NCBI GenBank assembly: GCA_902785645.1
Contig: CACZZG010000004.1
Coordinates: forward strand, 819-64,818
Reading direction: 5' to 3'
From: an uncultured Erysipelotrichaceae bacterium
GTDB taxonomy: Bacteria > Bacillota_I > Bacilli_A > RFN20 > CAG-826
DNA: 64,000 bases
Shown here: positions 31,630 to 40,013 of the stretch, piece after piece
Position numbering within the stretch: the stretch's first letter is position 1
Layout of the letters: each line of letters starts with the position of its first letter
Made by a program: the position numbers and the translations under genes
The notes under the pieces: model-generated
The model's input: only the letters and a program-made list of their open reading frames with translations
What the model was told of the DNA's origin: nothing
Databases searched by the model: none

Positions 31630-33102
31630 TTAACGATAATGTCTAGTCGCGTCAATCGCTTTTTTCCAACCAGCGTATTTTTCGTTAACTTCTTCCTCTT
31701 TCATTTGAGGTTTGAAAATCGCTTGATAAGAATGGATTGATTTGATCTCTTGGATGTCTTTATAGAAACCACTAGCGAGGCCTGATAGATAGGCAACGCC
31801 TAAAGCGGTTGTTTCTAAACAGCTAGGAAGCATAATCTCTGTATTTAAGATATCGCTTTGGAATTGCATTAAGAATTTATTCTTAGTGGCTCCACCATCG
31901 ACTTTAAGATTCTTTAAGCAACAATTTTCTTCACTCATCGCGGCAAAGACATCTTTACATTGATAAGCAATGGCTTCTAAACACGCTCTAATGAAATGAT
32001 TCTTTGTTGTGCCACGAGTCATGCCAAAGGCGGAACCTCTTGCGTCATCATCCCAATATGGAGTTCCTAAGCCGACAAAGGCTGGTACAAAGTACATGCC
32101 ATTTGTGTCATTCACTTCCATCGCGAATTTTTCACTTTCGCTCGCGTCATGTAATAAATGCATTTGATCACGCAACCATTGGACAACTGCGCCACCGACG
32201 AAGACCGAACCTTCTAAGGCATATGTGACTTTATCGCCGATTTTCCATGCCACTGTGGTCAATAATCCTTTTTTGGATAAAACTGGCTTCTCACCGATGT
32301 TTAGTAGCATAAAACAGCCAGTTCCATAAGTATTTTTACTTTCGCCAACTTCATAGCATGTTTGTCCAAATAATGCAGCTTGTTGGTCGCCTGCGACGCC
32401 ACAGATTTCAACTTTATCAGAGAAGAATGATGCAACACCGTAATGATACGATGAAGGTAAAACCTTAGGAAGTATTGCTTTCGGGATATTAAATAACTTT
32501 AATAAGTCATCATCCCACTTATTTTCGTAGATGTTATAAAGCATTGTTCTACTCGCGTTGCTCGCGTCTGTCGCGTGGACTTTGCCTTTGGTCATCTTAT
32601 AAATAATCCAACAATCCACTGTACCGAATAATAATTCACCTTTTTCTGCTCTTTCTTGACCATTAGGAATTTCATCCAAAATGAATCTAATTTTGCTCGC
32701 AGAGAAATATGGGTTAATCAATAAGCCAGTTTTTTCATGGATGTATTCTTTTTTATCTTCTAACTTTTCACAAATTTCGACCGATTGACGAGATTGCCAT
32801 ACAATCGCATGGTATACTGGTAAACCAGTATTTTTATCCCAAACAATCGCAGTTTCTCTTTGGTTGGTAATGCCGATGGAATCGACATAGTCCATAGTGA
32901 CGTTTTCTTTAACTAAGACTTCGTTAACGACGTCGATAACACTAACCCAGATTCCTAAAGCATCCGCTTCCACCCAACCTGGTTTCGGGAATAAACATTC
33001 AACTTCTCTTTGGGCCATAGAACAAACATGTCCTTCATGGTCAAATAAGATTGCTCTAGTACTTGTAGTACCTTGGTCGACAGATAGAATGTACTTTTTC
33101 AT
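31630..33102 (-). CDS. glpK: Glycerol kinase
   Basis: DQGTTSTRAILFD, GITNQRET and GDQQAALFGQ motifs. Confidence 0.97.
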   Translation of the reverse strand: MKKYILSVDQGTTSTRAILFDHEGHVCSMAQREVECLFPKPGWVEADALGIWVSVIDVVNEVLVKENVTMDYVDSIGITNQRETAIVWDKNTGLPVYHAIVWQSRQSVEICEKLEDKKEYIHEKTGLLINPYFSASKIRFILDEIPNGQERAEKGELLFGTVDCWIIYKMTKGKVHATDASNASRTMLYNIYENKWDDDLLKLFNIPKAILPKVLPSSYHYGVASFFSDKVEICGVAGDQQAALFGQTCYEVGESKNTYGTGCFMLLNIGEKPVLSKKGLLTTVAWKIGDKVTYALEGSVFVGGAVVQWLRDQMHLLHDASESEKFAMEVNDTNGMYFVPAFVGLGTPYWDDDARGSAFGMTRGTTKNHFIRACLEAIAYQCKDVFAAMSEENCCLKNLKVDGGATKNKFLMQFQSDILNTEIMLPSCLETTALGVAYLSGLASGFYKDIQEIKSIHSYQAIFKPQMKEEEVNEKYAGWKKAIDATRHYR

Positions 33103-33104
33103 GA

Positions 33105-34364
33105 TTAATGACCTTTCGTACGGAATAGTTTTTCAATATCAGCAATTTCTTTTGGAATAGCAAAAGATAAGATTTCTGCTTTATCTTGTCTAATTAAAAT
33201 GTCGTCTTCAATACGAACACCAATACCTAAGTCAGCAAAGTACAATCCTGGTTCAACAGTAATAACATTGCCTTCCTCTAATGGTTTTTCTCTATTAGAG
33301 GCATCGTGAGTATCTAAACCTAAATGGTGAGAGACATTATGGTAATAAACCTTTTGAATATCATCTTCATCTCTTAATAAACCATACTTAACACATTCAT
33401 TCTTTAAGAACTTCTTAGCAAAGTCTTGTAAGTCAGCAATAGTTAAACCTGGATGTGCATATTCGATAACCGCTTTATTGCAGTTTAAGACAGCTTCATA
33501 GATATCTCTGGCTTTGCCAGTGAATGTACCGCTAACAGGGAATGTACGAGAAATATCCGCACAATAACCATTGCTCTTATAGCCGAGATCAAATAAGACC
33601 AAGTCTTCACTTCTGACTGCACAGTTTTGTGTTGGATAATGTAAACATGTGGCGTTTTTACCTGCGGCAACGATAGTATTAAAGGCTAATTTGCTGCGGT
33701 TTTGTCCGCGTCCAAAGAATTCAAAGATGTCCGCTAATTCGTATTCCATAATTCCAGGACGTAATGAAAGGATTAATTTATTAATACCTAAATTAGTTGC
33801 AGAAATAGCGTCTCTAATTTGTTCAACTTCATATGGTGATTTAACCATTCTGAGTGAGGTAATGATTGGTTTGATGTCAATCGCTGATATTTGTGGGTAT
33901 TTAGCTTCCATTTCTTGTTGGAAGGTGATTGTGCTTCTAGCATCGTCAATTTTGATTTCAGGAGTTAAATCTAAATATAAGTGTTCAATTGCACCATATT
34001 GATTGTTTTCATTGGTCAAAGCTAAGTTGAGCATGTTTTCAAAATTATCCATGCTATAGATATTTGAAAGACCACTTAATTGTTCCGCTTCATCAAATGT
34101 TAAGCGGCGGCCTGTCCATTTTTCTTTGAGTTCATTGTATTCATCAATGAATAAATAACATTTCTTTTCACCAAGACCCTTAATCATTAAAAGTACACTG
34201 TGTTCTTGGGTAATATTAGTGAGATAGAAAAAGGAATTGTTTACAACAAATGGAAATAATTCATCTTCTGTCGCGACTTTACTAACACCAGAGAAGATTA
34301 CCGCGACAGAGCGGTCTCTCATCATGGAAAACAGTTTTTCTCTTCTAAGTTCTAAATCTTGCAT
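33105..34364 (-). CDS. Xaa-Pro aminopeptidase/dipeptidase (M24B)
   Basis: DLGYKSNGYCADISRT, HHLGLDTHD, VEPGLY and IEDDIL metal-ligand motifs. Confidence 0.88.
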   Translation of the reverse strand: MQDLELRREKLFSMMRDRSVAVIFSGVSKVATEDELFPFVVNNSFFYLTNITQEHSVLLMIKGLGEKKCYLFIDEYNELKEKWTGRRLTFDEAEQLSGLSNIYSMDNFENMLNLALTNENNQYGAIEHLYLDLTPEIKIDDARSTITFQQEMEAKYPQISAIDIKPIITSLRMVKSPYEVEQIRDAISATNLGINKLILSLRPGIMEYELADIFEFFGRGQNRSKLAFNTIVAAGKNATCLHYPTQNCAVRSEDLVLFDLGYKSNGYCADISRTFPVSGTFTGKARDIYEAVLNCNKAVIEYAHPGLTIADLQDFAKKFLKNECVKYGLLRDEDDIQKVYYHNVSHHLGLDTHDASNREKPLEEGNVITVEPGLYFADLGIGVRIEDDILIRQDKAEILSFAIPKEIADIEKLFRTKGH

Positions 34365-34365
34365 A

Positions 34366-35187
34366 TTATTTATCTCCTTTTGTGATTTTTTCTACCGCTG
34401 GCAAGATTTCATCTAATGTAATCTTTTCAACATTACCTTCATCAACGAGTTTGGTATTCTCACTTACCAAAGGTAATTTCGCTAAGATATCAAAATTCAT
34501 CTCTTTTGCGAATTCTTCTAAATGGGATTCGCCAAAGACATTTATTCTTTTGCCGCAGTCAGGGCAAACTAAATATGACATATTTTCAATAACGCCTAAC
34601 ACTTTAATGTTCATCATGTTAGCCATCTTGATTGCTTTAGTGACAATTAAAGACACTAAATCTTGTGGAGAGGTAACGATAATCAAATCATCAACCGGTA
34701 ATTGTTGGAAGACTGTTAAGGCGACATCTCCAGTTCCTGGAGGCATATCGATTAATAAATAATCTAGTTCTTCCCACAAAACATCTTCATAGAATTGTTT
34801 GATCAAACCACCTAAAAGAGGTCCTCTCCAAACGATTGGATCGGAATCGTTTTCCAATAAGCAGTTCGCAGAAATAAGTTTGATTCCACCTTTACTGACT
34901 AATGGGAAGATTAATCCATCATCACCATAAGCTTTATCTTTGATACCGAATGCTTTAGGAATACTTGGACCAGTGATATCTGCGTCCATAATACCCACTT
35001 TATAACCTTGTCTATTTAAATAGACAGCAAGTAAAGATGTGATATAGGATTTACCAACACCACCCTTACCTGAAAGCACACCGATGATCTTTTTGATTTT
35101 TGAACGATCATTTAATTTTGCTTTTTCAATTCGTGAACCACAGCCTTCAACGCTGCAATTTTCGCAATCATGACTACAATCCGCCAT
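34366..35187 (-). CDS. mrp: Mrp/NBP35/ApbC-family Fe-S cluster carrier ATPase
   Basis: SGKGGVGKS deviant Walker A, CPDCG motif, Cys-rich N-terminus. Confidence 0.88.
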   Translation of the reverse strand: MADCSHDCENCSVEGCGSRIEKAKLNDRSKIKKIIGVLSGKGGVGKSYITSLLAVYLNRQGYKVGIMDADITGPSIPKAFGIKDKAYGDDGLIFPLVSKGGIKLISANCLLENDSDPIVWRGPLLGGLIKQFYEDVLWEELDYLLIDMPPGTGDVALTVFQQLPVDDLIIVTSPQDLVSLIVTKAIKMANMMNIKVLGVIENMSYLVCPDCGKRINVFGESHLEEFAKEMNFDILAKLPLVSENTKLVDEGNVEKITLDEILPAVEKITKGDK

Positions 35188-35198
35188 AAAACTCTCCT

Positions 35199-35567
35199 TT
35201 ATTCAATTCCTGCTTCCTTAAGTACGTTAACACCTGATTGAACATAGGTTCTAAGTAACCTTCCGGCTCCCAATAATGTTCCACCAAAGTATCTAACGAC
35301 CACCAAAGCAACTTTGTTTAAGTCTTTCTTCATGAGCAATTCTAATAATGGTCTGCCTGCTGTTCCTTTAGGTTCGCGGTCATCACAGGACTTAGTTTTT
35401 CCATCAATTCGATAAGCATAAACAACATGTCTGGCCTTAGAATGCTCTTTCTGTATTTTTGCTAACTCTTTCTTGAATAAATCTGGATTATCGATAGGAA
35501 ACAAAATGGCGATGAACTTGCTTTTCATCACTTCAGTTGTCTTGATAAACGTTCCAGATATTTCCAT
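35199..35567 (-). CDS. YigZ/IMPACT-family (UPF0029) N-terminal domain protein
   Basis: KSKFIAILFP, HVVYAYR and DDREPKGTAGRPLL motifs. Start taken as ATG 35567; the track start at 35576 is TTG. Confidence 0.75.
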   Translation of the reverse strand: MEISGTFIKTTEVMKSKFIAILFPIDNPDLFKKELAKIQKEHSKARHVVYAYRIDGKTKSCDDREPKGTAGRPLLELLMKKDLNKVALVVVRYFGGTLLGAGRLLRTYVQSGVNVLKEAGIE

Positions 35568-35638
35568 ATATAACAAAGTTATTGCTACATTTTAGCCACT
35601 ATTTAGTGTATAGTTTTTTCTATAAGAAAGAAACAAAA

Positions 35639-36466
35639 ATGTTATTTGGGAAGAAAAAATGTACACAATGTGGAAGTAGCTATGACGTAGTTGAGGAGAC
35701 TTGTCCAGCGTGTCATACACGAGACGAGAACTTCGAAAACCTCGGAATCCCAAAAAACGTCATTTGGCTACCAATATATAAGCAAATTCTTTTGTTTGTT
35801 TTCGGCATAGTTTTACTCAATATTTGTGGCTTTGCTGCAGAAATAATTGTGACATACGGAATCAAAAGTGAAATTGATGGACCTACCTACACAACAATTA
35901 TCAATACCGCGAGATATTTAATGGTCTTTGTGGCAATGGGATTATTAATAAATTATGACTTTGTCAAATTCGGTAAACACTTCAACAAGGCCAAACCCTA
36001 TTTATTAGGTCTAGCTGGTGGCGCCGCTCTTATCGGAGCTTCGATGTTATGGAATTTACTCGTCAATGTATTTTATCCCACAACTGATAATCAAAACCAA
36101 CAATTAGTTAATGATGTTATTACTTTCTATCCAGTATTATCAGTATTTATTATAGGTATAGTTGGTCCTTTAGTGGAAGAACTCACCTATCGCTTGGGTT
36201 TATTCTCTTTCTTAAGTAGAAGCAAAAAATGGATTGCTTACTTAGTAACCACTATCGTTTTTGCGTTAATTCATTTCAACTTCATGCCGGAAACCACCAA
36301 TGAATTGATCAATGAATTATTGAACTTACCAAGCTACGCAGCTGCCGGATTCTTGCTCTGTTTATGGTACGATAAATTCGGTTTAGCATCCTCGATGGTT
36401 GCTCACTGTTTCAATAACCTATTTTCAGTACTAATGACCATACTATCGCAACACTTACAATTTTAA
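35639..36466 (+). CDS. CPBP (CAAX) family intramembrane protease with an N-terminal zinc ribbon
   Basis: CTQCGSSY...CPACH ribbon. EELTYRLG, FALIHF and HCFNN protease motifs. Start trimmed to ATG 35639. Confidence 0.8.
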   Translation: MLFGKKKCTQCGSSYDVVEETCPACHTRDENFENLGIPKNVIWLPIYKQILLFVFGIVLLNICGFAAEIIVTYGIKSEIDGPTYTTIINTARYLMVFVAMGLLINYDFVKFGKHFNKAKPYLLGLAGGAALIGASMLWNLLVNVFYPTTDNQNQQLVNDVITFYPVLSVFIIGIVGPLVEELTYRLGLFSFLSRSKKWIAYLVTTIVFALIHFNFMPETTNELINELLNLPSYAAAGFLLCLWYDKFGLASSMVAHCFNNLFSVLMTILSQHLQF

Positions 36467-36468
36467 TT

Positions 36469-37356
36469 ATGAAGAAGACATTTTCTTGGGCTATATTATC
36501 TAGTTTTATATTAAAGATTATCGCTATGGTAACAATGACTGTCGACCATGTCGGTGTGGTTTTAGCCAACAATGTTGGATATAACTATTTGCCTTCGATA
36601 ATTTGCCGTTACGTCGGAAGGCTAGCTCTACCACTATTCTGCTTTATGATTGTGGAAGGTGTTTTAAATACCAAGAAATTCTCAAGATATGTTCTTCGTT
36701 TAGGTATTATGGCGACACTTATTTTAGGTGCTTTTGTCTTTATTGAATATGTTCCAATATTTGATGGCCTATCCATGCGCAACGAAGGCAATATCTTTAT
36801 TGATTTACTATTAGGTGCGATTACTGTCTTCTTATTAAGAAGAAAAGAATGGTATTTCAAATTATTAGCGATTCTTCCATTTGCTTTTACCATTGCCTCA
36901 TTCTGTGTTGTTTGCATTGAAAATTCCGAACACATTTTGATTCATTGGTTACCTTTCTTCCTTAGACCTCAATATCACTTCTATTCATTATTAATGATGG
37001 CACTTTTCTATCTAGCTCATCCTCTTACGGATTTGTTCTTAAAACAACACGCAGAAAAAACTGGTTTAAACTTTGAATCCTTAAAGGGCTCGAATATGGA
37101 AAGATATGCGCTGAATATTATTTCTGCCGGATTTGTAATTGTGGCCACGATCATCTACTTAGTAGTTTCATTATTAATTCCACAAGATTGGGTATATTGG
37201 ATTCCAGGTATACAAAACGCTGCGATGATTGCTGGAGCATTTATTTTGCTCTATTCCGGTAAACGCGGTTATAATGCTAAATGGTTCCAATATGGATCCT
37301 ACTTATATTACCCAATTCACTTATTAGTGGTATTTGGAATCGGAATGTTGTTATAA
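36469..37356 (+). CDS. TraX-family membrane protein
   Basis: Polytopic. LKIIAMVTMTVDHVG is a typical TraX N-terminus. Confidence 0.65.
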   Translation: MKKTFSWAILSSFILKIIAMVTMTVDHVGVVLANNVGYNYLPSIICRYVGRLALPLFCFMIVEGVLNTKKFSRYVLRLGIMATLILGAFVFIEYVPIFDGLSMRNEGNIFIDLLLGAITVFLLRRKEWYFKLLAILPFAFTIASFCVVCIENSEHILIHWLPFFLRPQYHFYSLLMMALFYLAHPLTDLFLKQHAEKTGLNFESLKGSNMERYALNIISAGFVIVATIIYLVVSLLIPQDWVYWIPGIQNAAMIAGAFILLYSGKRGYNAKWFQYGSYLYYPIHLLVVFGIGMLL

Positions 37357-37370
37357 AGGAGACAAACAAT

Positions 37371-37679
37371 ATGATTATCCACGTTAATGATTTAAAAGAA
37401 TTTAATGAAAAAATCGCATCTGGTCGTGTTTTAGTGGACTTCTTTGCCACTTGGTGTGGTCCATGCAAAATGCTCGCTCCAGTCTTAGAAGAAATTGATC
37501 AAAGACAAGAAGCTGGTGATTTATTAATCGTCAAAGTCGATGTTGACGAAGCTAGCGATATCGCGATGAAATTCGGTATTCAATCTATTCCAACACTCAT
37601 CCTCTTTGAAGATGGAAAAGCCATTGACCACGCATTGGGTTATATGCCAAAACCACAACTTTTAAATTTCTTAAAATAA
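37371..37679 (+). CDS. trxA: Thioredoxin
   Basis: VDFFATWCGPCKMLAP active site. AAAGGAG SD at about 37354..37360. The track ORF start at 37281 overlaps the TraX gene and was rejected. Confidence 0.95.
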   Translation: MIIHVNDLKEFNEKIASGRVLVDFFATWCGPCKMLAPVLEEIDQRQEAGDLLIVKVDVDEASDIAMKFGIQSIPTLILFEDGKAIDHALGYMPKPQLLNFLK

Positions 37680-37683
37680 AAAA

Positions 37684-37711
37684 TTGAAAATTTTAGTAGC
37701 GTTGTTATAAT
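37684..37711 (+). promoter_or_regulatory. Candidate promoter of tRNA-Gly
   Basis: TTGAAA (37684..37689), 16-nt spacer, extended -10 TGtTATAAT (37703..37711). The tRNA starts 15 nt downstream. Confidence 0.55.
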
Positions 37712-37725
37712 TAATAGCGCTAACT

Positions 37726-37799
37726 GCAGGTGTAGTTCAGTGGTAGAACACTAGCCTTCCAAGCTAGTTATGCGGGTTCGATTCCCGTCACCTGCTCCA
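37726..37799 (+). tRNA. tRNA-Gly (anticodon UCC), CCA encoded
   Basis: The cloverleaf folds by hand: acceptor GCAGGTG/CACCTGC, D-arm GTTC..GAAC, anticodon loop CTTCCAA, T-arm GCGGG-TTCGATT-CCCGT, discriminator T, then CCA. Confidence 0.93.
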
Positions 37800-37804
37800 G
37801 ACAA

Positions 37805-37840
37805 CAAAAAAACAGACCAATTAGGTCTGTTTCTTTTTTT
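37805..37840. terminator. Bidirectional terminator between tRNA-Gly and the convergent fic gene
   Basis: Stem aacagacc/ggtctgtt (37811..37831), flanked by an A-run and a T-run. Confidence 0.8.
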
Positions 37841-38771
37841 ACTGTAGCAAGTTTGTAATTAGTTTGACAATGATTTCCATTTCATCAGGATTACTTTCAG
37901 CGGTCAATATGGTTATGGCCACTAAAGCTTCATTTGAGATGATTTGTTTATTGTTCTTATATAGATGTCCGCTTTTATATAAGAAGTTAATGAATAAGGT
38001 TGCGGCAATACGTTTGCAACCATCCGCAAAAGGATGGTCCTTAACAAGGAAATAGAGTAAATGAGCAGCTTTCTCTTCAATGGATGGATACAATTCCTTA
38101 CCGAAGATATTTTGGTAAACTTGAGCAATAATACCATTAAGTTTGCCCTCTTCTTTTTCTACTCCAAAGACATCAGACATATCATTAAATTTCATAGAAT
38201 CAATAATGCTTCTCGCTTCTTGATATGTCATAACATAATCGCTTTGACTGCCTTTTGGTTTGACTAACGTTTGATGATCATAACTATCAAGGAGGTCCAA
38301 CGCTCTTGTATATTCATCAATAACTTTAGTTAATTCTTCTTTATCAATATTCAAAGAATAAGAAAGCATTCTATTTTGTATGTCGATTACTTTGCCAAGA
38401 TTATCTAATCTTTTTTGATTAACTGCATAACCCTGGATTAAGTAATCTTTTAATACTTTGTTGGCCCATTTTCTAAAGGCGATACCGCGCTTAGAATTAA
38501 CCCTATAACCAACTGATAAAACAACGTCTAAGTTATATAACTTTGCAGGTCTATAATTGACCCTTCCGTCGAATTTTTCGACCGAAGTGTTTTTATCCAA
38601 TTCCGAAGAAGTAAAGATATTATTAATATGATAAGTGATTGTACTTCTTGCGGTATCAAACAATAGAGCTATTTCTTCTTGTGTCAACCATATTGTTTCA
38701 TTCTTTGCATCTGTGCGAACATCTAAAGTGAAATCATCATCTACAAACTTGACTACTTGATACTTTTCCAT
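37839..38771 (-). CDS. RhuM-family N-terminal domain fused to a Fic/Doc domain
   Basis: RhuM-like WLTQEEIALLF...YNLDVVLSVGYRVNSKRGIAFRKWA. Fic/Doc motif HPFADGCKRIAA. Start at ATG 38771..38769 with a GGAGGA SD. The longer track ORF reads through the tRNA fragment and was rejected. Confidence 0.85.
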   Translation of the reverse strand: MEKYQVVKFVDDDFTLDVRTDAKNETIWLTQEEIALLFDTARSTITYHINNIFTSSELDKNTSVEKFDGRVNYRPAKLYNLDVVLSVGYRVNSKRGIAFRKWANKVLKDYLIQGYAVNQKRLDNLGKVIDIQNRMLSYSLNIDKEELTKVIDEYTRALDLLDSYDHQTLVKPKGSQSDYVMTYQEARSIIDSMKFNDMSDVFGVEKEEGKLNGIIAQVYQNIFGKELYPSIEEKAAHLLYFLVKDHPFADGCKRIAATLFINFLYKSGHLYKNNKQIISNEALVAITILTAESNPDEMEIIVKLITNLLQ

Positions 38772-38793
38772 AAGGATTCCTCCTTTCGTTATT

Positions 38794-38836
38794 ATTATAA
38801 CATTATTCGATATTTTATTCAATTTTAATTGAATAA
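38794..38836 (-). promoter_or_regulatory. Promoter of the fic gene, with a perfect inverted repeat over the -35
   Basis: Read on the minus strand: TTGAAT (38822..38817), 17-nt spacer, TATAAT (38799..38794). The palindrome ttattcaatt-tt-aattgaataa spans 38815..38836. Confidence 0.6.
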
Positions 38837-38849
38837 ATCTTTGTTTTTT

Positions 38850-38883
38850 AGTTATGCGGGTTCGATTCCCGTCACCGGCTCCA
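38850..38883 (+). repeat. Orphan 3' fragment of tRNA-Gly (att-like direct repeat)
   Basis: agttatgcgggttcgattcccgtcaccGgctcca compared with 37766..37799. There is no matching 5' half upstream. Confidence 0.85.
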
Positions 38884-38889
38884 AATGAT

Positions 38890-38922
38890 AAAAAAACAGG
38901 CACTGGCCTGTTTATTTTTTTT
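38890..38922. terminator. Bidirectional terminator, a diverged copy of the one at 37805..37840
   Basis: Stem aacaggc/gcctgtt (38895..38912), flanked by an A7 run and a T-rich run. It serves the convergent 38930..39331 gene. Confidence 0.7.
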
Positions 38923-38929
38923 ACTTCAA

Positions 38930-39331
38930 TTAACCGAGTATTTTAGCTTTGGCTTTAGCGAACTCTTCATCGGTTAAAGCGCCAGATTCATGAAGTTTTG
39001 CGAGTCTTTCAAGTTTATCAAGATCATCACCAACATCAGCTTGTTGACTTGTTTCACCTTTTTTAATCTCATCCATCTTGGAATATATGATGCTGAGGAG
39101 TTCTTCGTATCTATATAAATATAAGTCCACAAACGTTCCGTTATTAGTGACTATTGTGACTTGCTTTTTTCTATTCATGATGACTTTGACATCTTTGATA
39201 TCACTATAATTGACTCTAAATCCTCTACGGGTATCGCGATTTAACCATTCAAAATAATCATTATAAAAATAGATTCCACCATCGCCTTGTCTAGAATCAC
39301 AGATCATAGTTTTAAAAGGTATTTCTTGCAT
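38930..39331 (-). CDS. Small protein with a PH/GRAM-like N-domain and a C-terminal SHOCT motif
   Basis: The C-terminal LERLAKLHESGALTDEEFAKAKAKIL is a typical SHOCT sequence. Confidence 0.65.
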   Translation of the reverse strand: MQEIPFKTMICDSRQGDGGIYFYNDYFEWLNRDTRRGFRVNYSDIKDVKVIMNRKKQVTIVTNNGTFVDLYLYRYEELLSIIYSKMDEIKKGETSQQADVGDDLDKLERLAKLHESGALTDEEFAKAKAKILG

Positions 39332-39410
39332 ATGTTTGTCCCTCTTTCTTTTTTATTATAATACAAGTGCAATTATTGTTATAATTAAACAAGTTTAAGG
39401 AAGATGTTTT

Positions 39411-40013
39411 ATGAACTATGAAATCATTCTAGCGACAAATAACGCTCATAAATTAAAAGAAGTCAGAGAGATACTCTCTCCTCATAAAATTGTCGTTTAT
39501 GGTTTAAATGATTTGAATTTAAAACCAGAAGACGCTGAAGAAAACGCTGATACATATCAAGGAAATGCTTTAATTAAAGCAAGATCGGTCCAGAAACTCA
39601 CCACTATGCCCATTATCGCCGATGATTCTGGTTTAGAAATCTTAGCGATGGATAATAAGCCAGGATTAAAAAGCGCAAGATTTGCTTCCGAATGTGGAGG
39701 CCATGATAAAGCTATCCAAACTATTCTTGATTATCTAAAAGATAAAGAAGATAGAAGTGCTCGATTTATCTGTGACATCATTTTACTAAATGAAGGAGAT
39801 AAACCACTACTATTTGAAGGTATTGTTTCTGGACATATCGCTGATAAACCATTTGGAGAAGGTGGATTCGGATACGACCCAATATTCGTTTGTGATGAAC
39901 TTGGTAAAACCTACGCAGAAATGAGTCAGGAAGAAAAAAATAAGGTCTCCCATCGAGGTAAGGCCTTAAAGAAATTGTTAACTTATTTAAAAATCAATGG
40001 CAAGGCTATTTAA
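39411..40013 (+). CDS. rdgB: Non-canonical purine NTP pyrophosphatase (dITP/XTP), RdgB/HAM1 family
   Basis: ILATNNAHKLKEV, ADDSGLE, FGYDPIF and SHRG motifs. Confidence 0.92.
   Translation: MNYEIILATNNAHKLKEVREILSPHKIVVYGLNDLNLKPEDAEENADTYQGNALIKARSVQKLTTMPIIADDSGLEILAMDNKPGLKSARFASECGGHDKAIQTILDYLKDKEDRSARFICDIILLNEGDKPLLFEGIVSGHIADKPFGEGGFGYDPIFVCDELGKTYAEMSQEEKNKVSHRGKALKKLLTYLKINGKAI

Larger units (their letters stand above)
37800..38883. mobile_element. Putative integrated islet (or island remnant) at the 3' end of tRNA-Gly; no integrase
   Basis: Bracketed by 34-nt direct repeats of the tRNA 3' end (37766..37799 and 38850..38883, one mismatch). The single cargo gene has its own promoter. 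Confidence 0.6.

Noticed and set aside
31990-32230. A locally GC-richer patch inside glpK, with a 74-aa antisense ORF. I considered it as a possible foreign insert.
   Set aside because: It encodes the highly conserved core of glycerol kinase in frame. The composition reflects amino-acid conservation, not an insertion.
37281-37370. An N-terminal extension of trxA in the track ORF (132 aa).
   Set aside because: It overlaps the end of the TraX gene in another frame. The canonical thioredoxin N-terminus starts at ATG 37371, preceded by an AAAGGAG SD.
37839-38903. The 354-aa track ORF, which would give the Fic protein a 44-aa N-terminal extension (MPVFLSFGAGDGNRTRI...).
   Set aside because: The extension is just the reverse translation of the orphan tRNA-Gly fragment and the promoter region. 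A GGAGGA SD and an ATG at 38771 give the normal RhuM N-terminus.
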